Origin: a virus
Taxonomy: Duplodnaviria > Caudoviricetes
Direction: 5' to 3' (one strand)
Virus record (IMG/VR): IMGVR_UViG_3300031994_000006
Coordinates: 96,001-160,000 of that record
DNA length: 64,000 nucleotides
The notes beneath the pieces were generated by a model. The model worked only from the letters and a program-made list of their open reading frames with translations, was not told the origin of the DNA and made no database searches. Position 1 is the stretch's first letter; each line of letters begins with the position of its first letter. This document shows, piece after piece, positions 27,965 through 39,121 of the stretch. A program made the position numbers and the translations under genes.

Positions 27965-30900
27965 TAGGCTGTCGTAACTTTAAATCCTATTTCAGATACC
28001 TTCTGTCCGCCGTCGACGCGCAGTCCCGTCATCGTGATGGATGATGTGTATACATTATTCGTATATACCACCTCATTGTTTCCGGGGTTCATGAACTTGT
28101 CCTCATAGTAGATACCGTTACCGCCTCCGGCCGTCTTGAACGTCGATGTACCGATCAGACCGAGCAATGTACGGGATGTACCGGCAAACGTACAGTTGAT
28201 ATTCGATACCGTTCCGTTGCCGCCGCGTACATAGAACGTAGACTCGGTATCCGTACCTATCTTCCTGGCCTCTGCGAAGTTCCAGGCAAGCTTGAGATTC
28301 GTCAGGGTGAGCTTGTAGTTTCCGGAAGGCGTGCCGGATCCGGTCCAGATGACCGCGAGTCCGTTCGCATAGAACGTATTCGCCTGGATGGTCCTCGGGA
28401 GTCCGTCCCTGCCGTTCGCGGTCACACTGCTGCTCGGCGTCCTGGCGACGTTCACGAGCGCGAGCGTCCAGCCGTTGCTCTCCGCTATCTTGACATAGTT
28501 CTTGCCGCTGTCAGGGACAGAGCTTGTATTGATGTCAGGCTCGGTAGGCTCGGCCGATCCGGCGCTCCTGTATACGAGTCCGGGCTGGCTCGATGACGAA
28601 CTTGTCTGCCACAGCAGCCATCTGCCGTTGGGATTCGGGCCGTGTGAGAACGACGATGAATTCGAGGGCTCCCATCCGGTACCGGACTGGGTCATCGTTA
28701 TGCCGCCGGTTTCAAGCTTGAACTTCGTTGACAGTATATAGGTCTCGGAATTCATTGTCACCTCTGTTCCGTTCTTGGCAATCTGATAGGTCGTGCCTCC
28801 TGTCGTGAATGACTTCCTGTACAGGATGGCGTATTCCTTATTGTACTGAAGATCCGCCGTGATATACCAGTTATCCTCGTAGTTCAGCGGATTGTATATC
28901 TCCTCAGGCCAGTTGCACTTGGCATCGGTCACGCCGTATCCGCTGCGCTGTGACAGCCATGCCTCATGCAGATCGGGCACCGCGTCATACCATGTATTGT
29001 TCTCCTGGTATGCGATTCTGAGCAATGTACTTCCGGCACCGCTTCCCGCGAGTCCTCCGACAATCCACTGTCCTCCTGTCGTATTGCCGGCCTCCATCGC
29101 GCCGGACGCCATCAGGTATACGATATGGGTGGAGTTCTTCGTCAGGCCTATCGTATAGTTGGTATCGGCCGACAGGGTTATCTCAGTGTTCTCCTTATAA
29201 TAGGTGGAACTTGTACCGGCCTGCCACTTGGCCTGCTGCGTGGTCGTATAGCTGTAGCCGTCATAGTCGCCGGTAAGTGTCGGGTATGCGGGAGTCGTGA
29301 CCTTCTTGTTGTTCGTCGTAAAGGTCTTGTACAGTGTCGTCACACCGCCCTTGTTGATATAGAACTTGGCGGTATATTCGACCTTCTTGGACAGCTCGAG
29401 TACATAGCTCGAGTCCTTCGTAAGCGTTATCTGGGTATTCTGCTCATATGACACGTTGGAAACGCCTGACTGCACCCATTTACTGCTTATGCTGTATCCG
29501 GCATAGTCGCTTGTCATCGACGGATACGACGGTGTGGTAAGCTTGCCGGCAGACGTCTTCACGGTCTTGAACAGCGTATTGCTGGAGGAGTCGTTCTTAT
29601 GCAGGTAGAACTGTCCGCTGTACTCGGTCGCGGCCTCAGGCTGGAACCTTGTGATATTCGCGACCTTGAAATATGACGATTGCAGGGTCTTTGAGTACCT
29701 GACCGTATACAGGATATACGTAATGGTACCGATTGTATAGTTGCCGATACGCTCGATCTGATTCTCGGCGTTCGCATCCGGGAATGTGAAATAGCTGCCG
29801 TTCGACGCGGATAGCTTGAATTTCCATCTTGCGGTCTGCTGTAGTGAATCGGTGGCCGACGAGGCCCTTTGCATCACGACGAAATACACCTTGTTCTTGC
29901 TGGTTGAGTTCCAGCTCTGCGCCACGGTGGATCCGAGATTATACCATGTGCCGCTGGCGCCCGAGACCGGGAAGTCATATGATCCGGCAAGCGACTCGGC
30001 GAAATCGAATGATGATATTACGGAATTGTCGCCTATCCAGTCACCGTTGCCCCTGCAGTCGGAACCAGCGCCGGTATAGCAGTACCTGCAGTATCTGTTG
30101 CTGCTTTCCGTCACAGGATGACTGGTAAGCAGCGCGTCGCCGAGCTCCTCGGACGTCACGCTGTCGGACGTCATTCCGACGATACCCGCGATTACCTGCG
30201 GCATGACGCCGTTGAATCTCGTATTGGAGTCGGATGCCGGCATGCGTCCGGCAAGTGATGCGTCCTTCGCGAACTTATTGCCGCCGTGTTTCGTATAATA
30301 GTCGACATAATCGGTCCTGTACGGCGCGAATTTACGGTACAGGTCGACCATCTTGATACCGATGCTTACCGAATACGTCAGCTCGGTCGACTTGTCGTCC
30401 GGTGTCCTGATATATCCGTGATACAGGCCTGACGCGGGACTGAGTATGTTATAAAAGGCCTTATTCTTTTCATTATACTGTTCCAGGCCGAATATCTGGC
30501 CTGAAAGCTCGTCGCTGTTGTTCGGATGCTTGAACCTGTATGTTGCCGTCGCTTTCTCCAGCGCATCGTCCTCCTTGAAATACGGAGAAAGATCGCATTC
30601 AGTCATGTCGACACCCTGGTATCCTGCCTGATTCATACGGAATATGTAGGGGAACGGAAGGCCGAGCACCTCATTGTGGACCTGCGGATCCATGCTTGCG
30701 GCCTTCCACTGGTTGGCCGGCGTCTTGGACCAGTCCCTGGAGGTACCGGACAGGAATCCGGCCTGCACATGCACCTCAGGAATCATCATCTCCGTGTATT
30801 TGAGTTTCTCCACGGCGTCGTCGAGTATATCGACAGACGATTTGTCGCCGTCCGACTCCGATGCATAGCCGTTCAGTATCAGGGACGCGCCGGACTTATT

Positions 30901-31779
30901 GAATCCGAGCGTGTTCAGGTATGTCTTGGAATACCGGAACCAGTGATATACCTTACCCGTAAGCGAGCCGCCGGCTGAACTGACGGTCGTCTTCCAGGCG
31001 GACCATTTCGATTCGGATCCCCATTTGGAGCTTACCGTCGCGCCGCACTGACCGGAGCTGATTCCCATGATGTCGCCGAACGTCACGGTACCCTGGAAGC
31101 CTTCACTGCTCGCCTTCCACGGCAGTATCTCAGACTCGCCCGTCTCTGAGTTGTATATCCTGATTGAGAACTCAGGATCATCCTCGCCGTAGAGCGGGAC
31201 ATACACGTCAAGGCTCGACGCGTTCGTAATGTCGCCGAACTCGCTTACCCGTATGTCATGTATGCTGCCGTCGAAGTTGCCGTTCTGAAAAAGCCTGGGA
31301 CTGTCCGTATAGGATTCGAACGCCCTGCTGCCGTCATATATTATATTGCCTACCGCGGATGAGTTCCTGCTCATCATCATGATGACGGGCCAGAACCATC
31401 CCGCGGTCAGATCCTCCGAGTCGACCACAACCGACGTACTGTCGGGATCCGTCCGGAGAAGTCTGAACCTGTATACGTTCTCATATGAACCGGACAGGTT
31501 CCTGTCGCTCTTGCTGACGGCAGTGGCCGCGAACTGGCGCATCGTCTCACAGGCCTTCGGGCCGAATTCGTTATTGAATGTGCGTGAAGAGAATGTCGAA
31601 CTGTAATTCGAGGCATTATCAGGCCTGATGACGACCGGACTGCCGTTCACAGAGGCGGCAGGCTCGATCCTCAGTCCGTACAGCGCGAAACTGCCGGTAT
31701 CGACGGTCGTCGTCGTGTTATCCGGCCTCAGTTCCGCGTAGAGGTCCGTCGGACGCAGTATGTTGGTTATGATTTCCAT
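27964..31779 (-). CDS. 1271-aa probable tail fibre / receptor-binding protein
   Basis: S/T/G-rich beta-like sequence; two internal ~75-aa repeats resembling Listeria-Bacteroides (InlB B) repeats; in the terminase operon. Confidence 0.6.
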   Translation of the reverse strand: MEIITNILRPTDLYAELRPDNTTTTVDTGSFALYGLRIEPAASVNGSPVVIRPDNASNYSSTFSSRTFNNEFGPKACETMRQFAATAVSKSDRNLSGSYENVYRFRLLRTDPDSTSVVVDSEDLTAGWFWPVIMMMSRNSSAVGNIIYDGSRAFESYTDSPRLFQNGNFDGSIHDIRVSEFGDITNASSLDVYVPLYGEDDPEFSIRIYNSETGESEILPWKASSEGFQGTVTFGDIMGISSGQCGATVSSKWGSESKWSAWKTTVSSAGGSLTGKVYHWFRYSKTYLNTLGFNKSGASLILNGYASESDGDKSSVDILDDAVEKLKYTEMMIPEVHVQAGFLSGTSRDWSKTPANQWKAASMDPQVHNEVLGLPFPYIFRMNQAGYQGVDMTECDLSPYFKEDDALEKATATYRFKHPNNSDELSGQIFGLEQYNEKNKAFYNILSPASGLYHGYIRTPDDKSTELTYSVSIGIKMVDLYRKFAPYRTDYVDYYTKHGGNKFAKDASLAGRMPASDSNTRFNGVMPQVIAGIVGMTSDSVTSEELGDALLTSHPVTESSNRYCRYCYTGAGSDCRGNGDWIGDNSVISSFDFAESLAGSYDFPVSGASGTWYNLGSTVAQSWNSTSKNKVYFVVMQRASSATDSLQQTARWKFKLSASNGSYFTFPDANAENQIERIGNYTIGTITYILYTVRYSKTLQSSYFKVANITRFQPEAATEYSGQFYLHKNDSSSNTLFKTVKTSAGKLTTPSYPSMTSDYAGYSISSKWVQSGVSNVSYEQNTQITLTKDSSYVLELSKKVEYTAKFYINKGGVTTLYKTFTTNNKKVTTPAYPTLTGDYDGYSYTTTQQAKWQAGTSSTYYKENTEITLSADTNYTIGLTKNSTHIVYLMASGAMEAGNTTGGQWIVGGLAGSGAGSTLLRIAYQENNTWYDAVPDLHEAWLSQRSGYGVTDAKCNWPEEIYNPLNYEDNWYITADLQYNKEYAILYRKSFTTGGTTYQIAKNGTEVTMNSETYILSTKFKLETGGITMTQSGTGWEPSNSSSFSHGPNPNGRWLLWQTSSSSSQPGLVYRSAGSAEPTEPDINTSSVPDSGKNYVKIAESNGWTLALVNVARTPSSSVTANGRDGLPRTIQANTFYANGLAVIWTGSGTPSGNYKLTLTNLKLAWNFAEARKIGTDTESTFYVRGGNGTVSNINCTFAGTSRTLLGLIGTSTFKTAGGGNGIYYEDKFMNPGNNEVVYTNNVYTSSITMTGLRVDGGQKVSEIGFKVTTA

Positions 31780-31791
31780 ATATTCTGTATG

Positions 31792-34700
31792 TTACTTAGT
31801 TCCGAAAGGCGCCGTCACAAGCTCGAGATCCGCCGGTATGCCGTCATTGTCTCCGTCCTTGTTCCAGTCGGACATGGTCGCGCTGAATGACTGATACACG
31901 GGAGCCACGGACTGCAGGTTGCCTGCCGCGTCGTATATCTTGGCGAGCATCTGGATTTCATGGCTGCCGGAGTTTATCGAGTCGTCTGAACCCTTATACT
32001 TGGATATCGTGAATCTTCTCTTCCAGGTCCTGTAGGCGTTCGCCGAATTATAGGTATTGCTCCAACTCGACCTCGCCTCGGCATGTGAATCGGCGTTACG
32101 GTCGCTTTCAGGATCGCCGTCGTACTCGTCATATCCGCCGTCGACCTTGAACTCGATGGTCATATAGCCGCCCGACGGGACTTTGGTATTCGCATTGTTC
32201 GAGATATTCGCATTGTTCGAATAGTCGCTCAGGTACCTCGGAATCTGAGGATGTATGCCGTCATCGTCGAAATCGGCCTCGACATAGTCGCGGGCACGGT
32301 CGAGATCATCGGCGACCGCCACCTTCGTCAGCAGTGTGATGCTCGAACCGATATTGAAATCTTCGGCATTGGCCGAATCGACCTCGAACTTGACGCCGCC
32401 GAACTGCTTCATATAAATCGGAACGTCCAGGCTTGCACTGACGGTCTTGCCCGCGCCGAGATCTATTTCGAATATCCAGGTCTCATCCGCGGTCTTCAGG
32501 AGCTGTGTGAATCCCGGGATATCGGGATTTACCGAAGCGCATACGTTCGGTTTGACAAGGTATGACAGGGTGATGTTCTTGCCGGATACCTGCGGCGCCG
32601 TACGCTCGACTATCTTATATCCGGATCCCCTGCTGTTCAATGTAACCTTTCCGGTATAATTACCGATCATATGAATTCTCTGCAAATGCTCCGAATACAC
32701 AGCCTCGTACTGTACGGAATCGGTTCCGGACAGATCCGTCCATGTCATGTCGGCGTCGCCGAGCGAGCCGAGCGGCGCGACATGTCCCGTACGGGTAGTC
32801 CGTCCGGTCAGGCCGTGATACGGCGTGACGGGAAGATCGACCGTCGTGCTGTCCACTTCCCTGAGCGTGCAATAAGGCGCCGACGGCGTGGACGAGGCCT
32901 TCGCCCATGCGGGCACGGCCATCGTGCCGAGGTTGATTGTGATATCGACCTGCACCCAGTCCGAGGTGAACTCGACGGATCCCCTCATATAGGGAGACAG
33001 CAGCGGTCCGGGATATTCATGATACCAGAAGCCTGTCTCATGGCCGGACTCGTCCGCACAGTATGAGGACCTGTACGCCGCATCGCACCATCCGGTCAGG
33101 ATGCTGACGTCATGGTAATACCTCAGCTTGTCGGAAATGCTGTGAGGCTGTGAACCGGTCGTATCGAACTCAATCTCAGGATTCGAGCAGGACTTGATAC
33201 GGTATGTCACGCTCGTGACGCTCGGCTCGACGGAATCGCTCGTAGAGACGGACAGATAGCCGTACGGCAGTGTCGAAAGCCTTGCCTCGCTGCGGGGCGT
33301 CGTCTCATCACGCATAACCGGATACTCGTAATCGGGATCCGACGACGACTGTGAAAGGAAATACGCCGAATAGACGCTCGGCGACATCGACCAGTTGATA
33401 TTACGTCCTTCTACTACATTGAAGCAGAGCGGATGCGCCAGCCAGATGCGGTAATACTCATTGCCCTGACAGTCCTTCTTGAATATGGTGCTGAGCAACG
33501 GCTGCTCGGGCAGTCCTGTCAATACGGGCACGAGACCCAGTGTGAATTCCCTGTATTCGTTAGGCGCCGAGAACCTGCTGCCGGTAAGCCTGACATCGCC
33601 GGTCCACCAGTTCTTGTCGATGCCGTCACGGGACGCGGTGCTTGTGGGACGGAGATTGACGTCCTTGACCTTCGACTGCTGGCCTTCGTTCCAGTACTCC
33701 TTTACCTTAGGCGTGTCATCGAAGTTATTGATACCCCATTTATAGTCCGTATTGATTGAGAACTCATTCTCGGTCCAGGCGGTACCGGTCACATCGTCGA
33801 ACGGCATCAGGGTGATGAGCCAGTAGCGCCAGTCGATGACTATCGACTTGACATATACCGTATTGCTCGTACCGCTCTGAAGGCCGCGATCCGGAAGCGT
33901 ACACTTGAACTCGGGCTGATTCTCGAGCACATAGCGCGAGCCGACCTGACTGAAGGTTCCCTTTGCGGAGTCAAGGGAAGGCGTCCATGCGCCGGCAGGA
34001 GCATAGTCACGTACCGCCTCGACCGTCAGGTACTTATAGACGGAGTCGAGCGTCATGCTGCTGCTGCTCGAGACATGCCATTTGGCGAATCCCGTCTCGT
34101 CCGTCCTGTCGATGGACACGTCCATCCTCATCTCATGGTGCCAGTCGCAGAGTACGAACCTGTAGCCGTCGTCATAGTACTGACTGTCGCTCTGGGTACG
34201 CATCTTGCCGTCGTTGTTCTTCCACTTCTGGTTGCCGTCAAGGAATATCCAGGGCGTCCAGATGCTCGGGCGCTGCGGCCTGACTGCGGTCGCGTACACG
34301 GTCGAGCTGCTGCCTGATTCACTGCTGTCCTTGAGCGAGAACGTCCAGCTCTTCGAGTTGCCGATTGCCGACTTCGTGCTGAACCTGACGATCACGTCGG
34401 TCGAGCCTATGCGCTCGGTCACGCCGTCGAAATCCCAGTCGTCCCAGATACCGTCATCGAACCATTCCCTGACAGCGTTCTCATCGGCGATATCGAGGTT
34501 GTATCCCTTGACGGTCATACAGATCTCGAAGTTGCCGCCTGCCGTGCCCGTAAAGGCCCAGTCGCCGTCATCGTCGGTATAGCCGTCTGACGGGAAGAAC
34601 AGGATATTCGCGTTCCCCTGATCAATCCAGGTATAGAATCCCTGTGTCGGGAATATCCGCTCAGGATGCGCCTTGGGGACAGGCTCGTGCCCGTATACCG

Positions 34701-37700
34701 TATCGTCATATACGGTTTCCCGGTACATCCCGCCGGTATCCGTGACATGACTGATCGTTACCGTACATCCGAGCTTGAGCGTGAACTCCTCTTCCGAATC
34801 CGTGTCAGGCATCGACAGGACCTTGACGGTATCCTCATCGGCCGTCTGTATATTGAAGCCGCTGTGGCCGCTCTTTCCCCAGCTGAACGACGCCTTGAAT
34901 TCGGCGTCGTCATCAGCATCGCCGTTATAGTCACGGAACTTGACCGACTTGGAATCGTCGGTCTTTTTCCATTCACTGTCAGGATCGTTCTGATCCCTGA
35001 ATTTGACGACGAACTCAGTCTGGGCGACGTCCGCGCCTGCATGCAGCTCGGGTGAGATCCAGGCCTGCCAGGCAGGCGTATAGGGCTTCCATGTCGCCGT
35101 AAGCGTCTCCTCCTTGTGATAGTAGTCCGTGTCCGTCCTGAAGGTCGCGTCGGACGACAGATCCGTAAGCGGGCTTCTGTGCTTGTCGTTTATCGTCAGC
35201 ATCCAGTACTGTGAGCCGCCGGGACCCGAAATATCACTGGCATCCGAGGAATCATCATCGTTCTCGACACGGGCCGCGATATACACGGCCTTGTTGTCAT
35301 CCCACTTGGAATATCCCGACCTGACCGCCGGATCCGGATACTGCGGGATATTCGATATGAGATTGAACATCTCATTCTTGCCTATCCAGTCCGTGACGGC
35401 CGACTCTTCCGTCAGGTTCGGGCTTGAGAACATACGGAACTTCATCGTATAGCCGACAGTCGTGACGGTGACAGGCAGCGAACCTGTCGCCTCGCCCGAC
35501 GCATCCGCGAGCGTCACGGTTATCTCACCGCTCCTGTCGCTTGTGATGATCGTATCCTTCGGTACTACCTGAATCCTGAGGATACCGTTACTGCAATAGC
35601 TGTCGCTGTCGCCCGGTACGGTCGTGTATTCAAGGACCTGCGCCGCCGTTCCGGCAAGGTTGAAAGACGTCATCCTTATATTGTCCGTCAGTCTCACCTG
35701 GCCGTCCCACAGCGTGGCGTATACTATAGAATATTTGTTCTCATTACTGCGGCGTGCTATGCCGGAGACCTCGCTTGTAAGCTCCGGATCAGAGAAGAAC
35801 CTGATCTTGAGATCTAACGGCTTGGCCGATACCGTAACGGTAAACTGCGTATCGACGGACTCGCCGCCGGGTATGCCGGTCATATCGTCCTTGAAACGTC
35901 CCGTGACATAGATCTTCCAGTTGGCGGGCGCTCCGGTCAGATTATAGGTATCGACAGGCACCGAATAGAGATTGACGCCTTCCTTTGAATACGATACATT
36001 CGCCAGACCGGCAGGCGTCTCCACCATTACGGACACATCGGATTCTACGTCAGACGCGATAGCCGTATAGACGGTATTGTCCTCCTTGAGCCTCGGCACC
36101 ATCCTGAACCAGACTTTCTGTGTGGAATGCTCCCTGGTTCCGCTGAAGTACAGCTGAGAAGGTGCCGTCGAGAAATTCGAAGATGACGACATCTGTATCA
36201 TCGAACTGGCGAACATAGGCTCCACCTCGATATTGAGCACCGTCTTCTTGACATAGCTGAGCGATGATACACCGGGTATATCGGAGTTGAGGCTGAGCGT
36301 GAGATCGATATACTTGCGGAGGAACGTCATGTTCTCAAGCCAGTAGTTCCATGAGCCGTTGGTGGCTGAATTGAACGGGAACGTCGAAGTGCCTGACAAT
36401 TTTATAGACGGATCCGAAGGACTCCATTCCGACTTGTGTGCGGGATCGTCGGCGGCGAATCTCATGCTCGCGTCCCAGATAAATCTCGACTCATCCTGTA
36501 TCAGGATCTGCGTCTGCCATGCGGAACTACCGGGCGTCTGAAGCTGCGCTGTCAGGCTCGCCGTGACGAATCTTCTTTCGCTGAATGAATCGGCCGGACC
36601 GGGAAGCCTGCATCCTATAGATGAGCCGTGACCTGTATTATAGGCGCTCCACTTGTAATACAAAAGGACGGAGCTGTCATATACACCCCAGCTGCTGAGG
36701 TTTATATGGGCATAGCCGGGCTTCTCGTCAAATGAAAGCCTGACACGGTAATCCTTAATCTTTCCCCTGTTATTGTCGTTCTTCTTGAACTTTACCCAGT
36801 TCGGCGCTATGAAGTTTTCAGGGGATGTGCCCGATCTGCGGGTCGTACCGTCGTCGTTCTTCTGTTTGTCGAGAAGATACGGATTATGGTACTCCCAGTT
36901 TATAATTCTTTCATTGTGTTCGATTCCTTTGCCGAACTCATAGAAATTCACGTCGAATCTTATACCGTGCTTCAGTACGCCATCTTCTCTATAATTTCCG
37001 GCATTATATGAATATCTGTACAGGGCGCTTTTCTCAGGCGACTGCGGATCATAGTTGTAGACCCTCTTGCCGAGGTACATATTGGTCAGTTCCTGACCGT
37101 TGTACCAGGGCATCAGTCCTTTGCTGTAATCCGTGAAGTCCCCGTCAGGCATGCTGGTATAGCCGGTCACGTCAAGCGCGCCGCCGGATTCGGACGCGAT
37201 GAGGAATCCCTTCTGCAGCTCAGGCGTGTCCGGATGCAGGTACAGCATCCTCGAGCTGACGTCCTGGATGAACTTCTCATAGGTGTCTTCCGATCCCGCG
37301 GGGTTAATCGCGTATTTCAGGCGTCCGGTTATACGGAGGCCGGATTCTGTCGTCACCTCACAGGGGATGACGCCGGACCTGACGACCTTATTGGTATTGT
37401 TCGCCCTGAATCCGTCGGCTGTCACAAAGAACGGCGCGTCATTGCGTATCTCTGAATTGATGGGGAAATCCGAAAGCCTGGGAGGCTCCGGAATGCTCAT
37501 GCCTTCAATCCTGACGGACTTGCCGCCGATCTGTATCGCGACATTCGGGGTGATATTCACGGAATCCCCGTGATTGAACACCCATGTATGGCCGTACTTC
37601 GAGTCCTTGGATGCACCGGTCACGGTAAAGTCGATATCGAAATAGACGTCGTCATTGCCGATATCCTCGCCGACCAGGTCTCCGATGGGATGCCAGATCA

Positions 37701-37917
37701 GGTTGGAGTCCGCATAATAGTATTCATCCTCGTCGAATACGTAGACGAGCTTACCGGGATATATGTTAGGCCAGTCATTACCGGGATAGGTAAGCGACCA
37801 CTCGGCGGTGTCGAGCGGTCCGCCGTATTCCGACGTAACGGCGTATCCGCGCTGCTTGAGCGCCGGATTGAACTCGCCGTTTGACGAACTGACGTATTTT
37901 GAACTGAAGGAAGCCAT
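31792..37917 (-). CDS. 2041-aa probable tail fibre / virion appendage protein
   Basis: Size, S/T/D-rich beta-strand pattern, two GG(P/A)LD..Y.G motifs. Confidence 0.6.
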   Translation of the reverse strand: MASFSSKYVSSSNGEFNPALKQRGYAVTSEYGGPLDTAEWSLTYPGNDWPNIYPGKLVYVFDEDEYYYADSNLIWHPIGDLVGEDIGNDDVYFDIDFTVTGASKDSKYGHTWVFNHGDSVNITPNVAIQIGGKSVRIEGMSIPEPPRLSDFPINSEIRNDAPFFVTADGFRANNTNKVVRSGVIPCEVTTESGLRITGRLKYAINPAGSEDTYEKFIQDVSSRMLYLHPDTPELQKGFLIASESGGALDVTGYTSMPDGDFTDYSKGLMPWYNGQELTNMYLGKRVYNYDPQSPEKSALYRYSYNAGNYREDGVLKHGIRFDVNFYEFGKGIEHNERIINWEYHNPYLLDKQKNDDGTTRRSGTSPENFIAPNWVKFKKNDNNRGKIKDYRVRLSFDEKPGYAHINLSSWGVYDSSVLLYYKWSAYNTGHGSSIGCRLPGPADSFSERRFVTASLTAQLQTPGSSAWQTQILIQDESRFIWDASMRFAADDPAHKSEWSPSDPSIKLSGTSTFPFNSATNGSWNYWLENMTFLRKYIDLTLSLNSDIPGVSSLSYVKKTVLNIEVEPMFASSMIQMSSSSNFSTAPSQLYFSGTREHSTQKVWFRMVPRLKEDNTVYTAIASDVESDVSVMVETPAGLANVSYSKEGVNLYSVPVDTYNLTGAPANWKIYVTGRFKDDMTGIPGGESVDTQFTVTVSAKPLDLKIRFFSDPELTSEVSGIARRSNENKYSIVYATLWDGQVRLTDNIRMTSFNLAGTAAQVLEYTTVPGDSDSYCSNGILRIQVVPKDTIITSDRSGEITVTLADASGEATGSLPVTVTTVGYTMKFRMFSSPNLTEESAVTDWIGKNEMFNLISNIPQYPDPAVRSGYSKWDDNKAVYIAARVENDDDSSDASDISGPGGSQYWMLTINDKHRSPLTDLSSDATFRTDTDYYHKEETLTATWKPYTPAWQAWISPELHAGADVAQTEFVVKFRDQNDPDSEWKKTDDSKSVKFRDYNGDADDDAEFKASFSWGKSGHSGFNIQTADEDTVKVLSMPDTDSEEEFTLKLGCTVTISHVTDTGGMYRETVYDDTVYGHEPVPKAHPERIFPTQGFYTWIDQGNANILFFPSDGYTDDDGDWAFTGTAGGNFEICMTVKGYNLDIADENAVREWFDDGIWDDWDFDGVTERIGSTDVIVRFSTKSAIGNSKSWTFSLKDSSESGSSSTVYATAVRPQRPSIWTPWIFLDGNQKWKNNDGKMRTQSDSQYYDDGYRFVLCDWHHEMRMDVSIDRTDETGFAKWHVSSSSSMTLDSVYKYLTVEAVRDYAPAGAWTPSLDSAKGTFSQVGSRYVLENQPEFKCTLPDRGLQSGTSNTVYVKSIVIDWRYWLITLMPFDDVTGTAWTENEFSINTDYKWGINNFDDTPKVKEYWNEGQQSKVKDVNLRPTSTASRDGIDKNWWTGDVRLTGSRFSAPNEYREFTLGLVPVLTGLPEQPLLSTIFKKDCQGNEYYRIWLAHPLCFNVVEGRNINWSMSPSVYSAYFLSQSSSDPDYEYPVMRDETTPRSEARLSTLPYGYLSVSTSDSVEPSVTSVTYRIKSCSNPEIEFDTTGSQPHSISDKLRYYHDVSILTGWCDAAYRSSYCADESGHETGFWYHEYPGPLLSPYMRGSVEFTSDWVQVDITINLGTMAVPAWAKASSTPSAPYCTLREVDSTTVDLPVTPYHGLTGRTTRTGHVAPLGSLGDADMTWTDLSGTDSVQYEAVYSEHLQRIHMIGNYTGKVTLNSRGSGYKIVERTAPQVSGKNITLSYLVKPNVCASVNPDIPGFTQLLKTADETWIFEIDLGAGKTVSASLDVPIYMKQFGGVKFEVDSANAEDFNIGSSITLLTKVAVADDLDRARDYVEADFDDDGIHPQIPRYLSDYSNNANISNNANTKVPSGGYMTIEFKVDGGYDEYDGDPESDRNADSHAEARSSWSNTYNSANAYRTWKRRFTISKYKGSDDSINSGSHEIQMLAKIYDAAGNLQSVAPVYQSFSATMSDWNKDGDNDGIPADLELVTAPFGTK

Positions 37918-37931
37918 TTATATAAAATTCT

Positions 37932-38261
37932 TTACTGTATAAGATCCTGCCACCTGTCGGCCGCGCCAGCCCTTCCCGGCTGCCAGATCCTGAACCTGTT
38001 CTTGGACGCGTCATAGGTCAGCTGACCGTAATACGCGTTGGGGAAGGGATTCCTGACATCGCTCGGAAGTGAATCGACGTACTGAGTCGCGTCAAGCGGT
38101 CCGCCGTTGACGGGGCTGCCCGGTGTATCGGACGGACGGGAATCCGTCAGTACGAGGAATCCCGTATGACGCTGTTCGACAAGACCGGTATTGACGTCGG
38201 TATCAATGTAATCGGCCTTCCTGTCAAAATCCTTATCATAGTCTGTACTTCCGTATGCCAT
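37932..38261 (-). CDS. Small virion-associated protein with GGPLD..YYGQL motif
   Basis: Shares the motif with the N-terminus of the downstream 2041-aa protein. Confidence 0.65.
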   Translation of the reverse strand: MAYGSTDYDKDFDRKADYIDTDVNTGLVEQRHTGFLVLTDSRPSDTPGSPVNGGPLDATQYVDSLPSDVRNPFPNAYYGQLTYDASKNRFRIWQPGRAGAADRWQDLIQ

Positions 38262-38266
38262 ATGCC

Positions 38267-39115
38267 TTAATCGATATAGTATTCGCCGTTGTCTTTCTCC
38301 AGGGGTTTCACGATGACGTTATACGGCAGTCCGACACCGAACTTTGAATCCGATATACCAAGAATATAGCCGTCGACCTCTTTGAATGTAAACTCTATCG
38401 TCTGTGGGGAATCGGTGCCTGAATATCCTTTGACATCCGCGAATCTCCAGGAATTTCTCTCGAGTTCTGTGCTGTTTGGCACATGCCCGCTGTCAACAGG
38501 CCACGCTATCCAGATATAACTACCGTTAGGCCTGGAATTCCAGGGCTTGTACAGGGCACGCTGTTCGAAATCATATGTGAATCTGACCTTGTTGCCGTCC
38601 GACGAGTTATTTGTAATGAATACCGGATCAATATCATTTTTTTCACTGATACCGATGATGAGATCGCCGTCATTGGTACACGCCTTGACGCCGAAGATGA
38701 CATTACGGAAATCCTCGACCGTCATGGCGCCGTAGCTGATGGCATGCGAGTTGTCCTTGTACTGGGCGCTCGTTCCGCTGCGCACGGCATCCTCGGACTC
38801 GTCGCCGCCGACCGACGTACTGAGCTCCAGGGGCACAGTCATCTTGTCGATGACCTCTTTTGAGAATGTCGCCGCCGTAATCTTCTGAGGATCCAGCTTA
38901 TAGAACACGTTACAGGCCTTCTTGCCGGCCGTGTCGTCATATATGCTCGTACGGACGTCCACAAGCGGCGACAGGGGCACGTTCAGGTTATCCAGGAGCT
39001 GTGCCGTATTGTATATTATGGTATTCGTGGACGATGACGTCGACGCTCCGAATACCGTCACCGAGTTGGCGACCGTATTGCCGGCGCCGAGGTTGAGTGT
39101 CAGGATCTTTTTCAT
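38267..39115 (-). CDS. Hypothetical (probably structural) protein
   Basis: 282-aa ORF in the late operon. Confidence 0.7.
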   Translation of the reverse strand: MKKILTLNLGAGNTVANSVTVFGASTSSSTNTIIYNTAQLLDNLNVPLSPLVDVRTSIYDDTAGKKACNVFYKLDPQKITAATFSKEVIDKMTVPLELSTSVGGDESEDAVRSGTSAQYKDNSHAISYGAMTVEDFRNVIFGVKACTNDGDLIIGISEKNDIDPVFITNNSSDGNKVRFTYDFEQRALYKPWNSRPNGSYIWIAWPVDSGHVPNSTELERNSWRFADVKGYSGTDSPQTIEFTFKEVDGYILGISDSKFGVGLPYNVIVKPLEKDNGEYYID

Positions 39116-39121
39116 AATACC

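Noticed and set aside
32182-32220. 18-bp tandem duplication (SNNANI x2) in the 2041-aa gene
   Set aside because: Simple in-frame slippage duplication with no further structure
20156-37917. Apparent abundance of D-x-S tripeptides in structural proteins as a modification sequon
   Set aside because: These proteins are rich in Asp and Ser; enrichment outside the repeat tract could not be established without counting against shuffled controls
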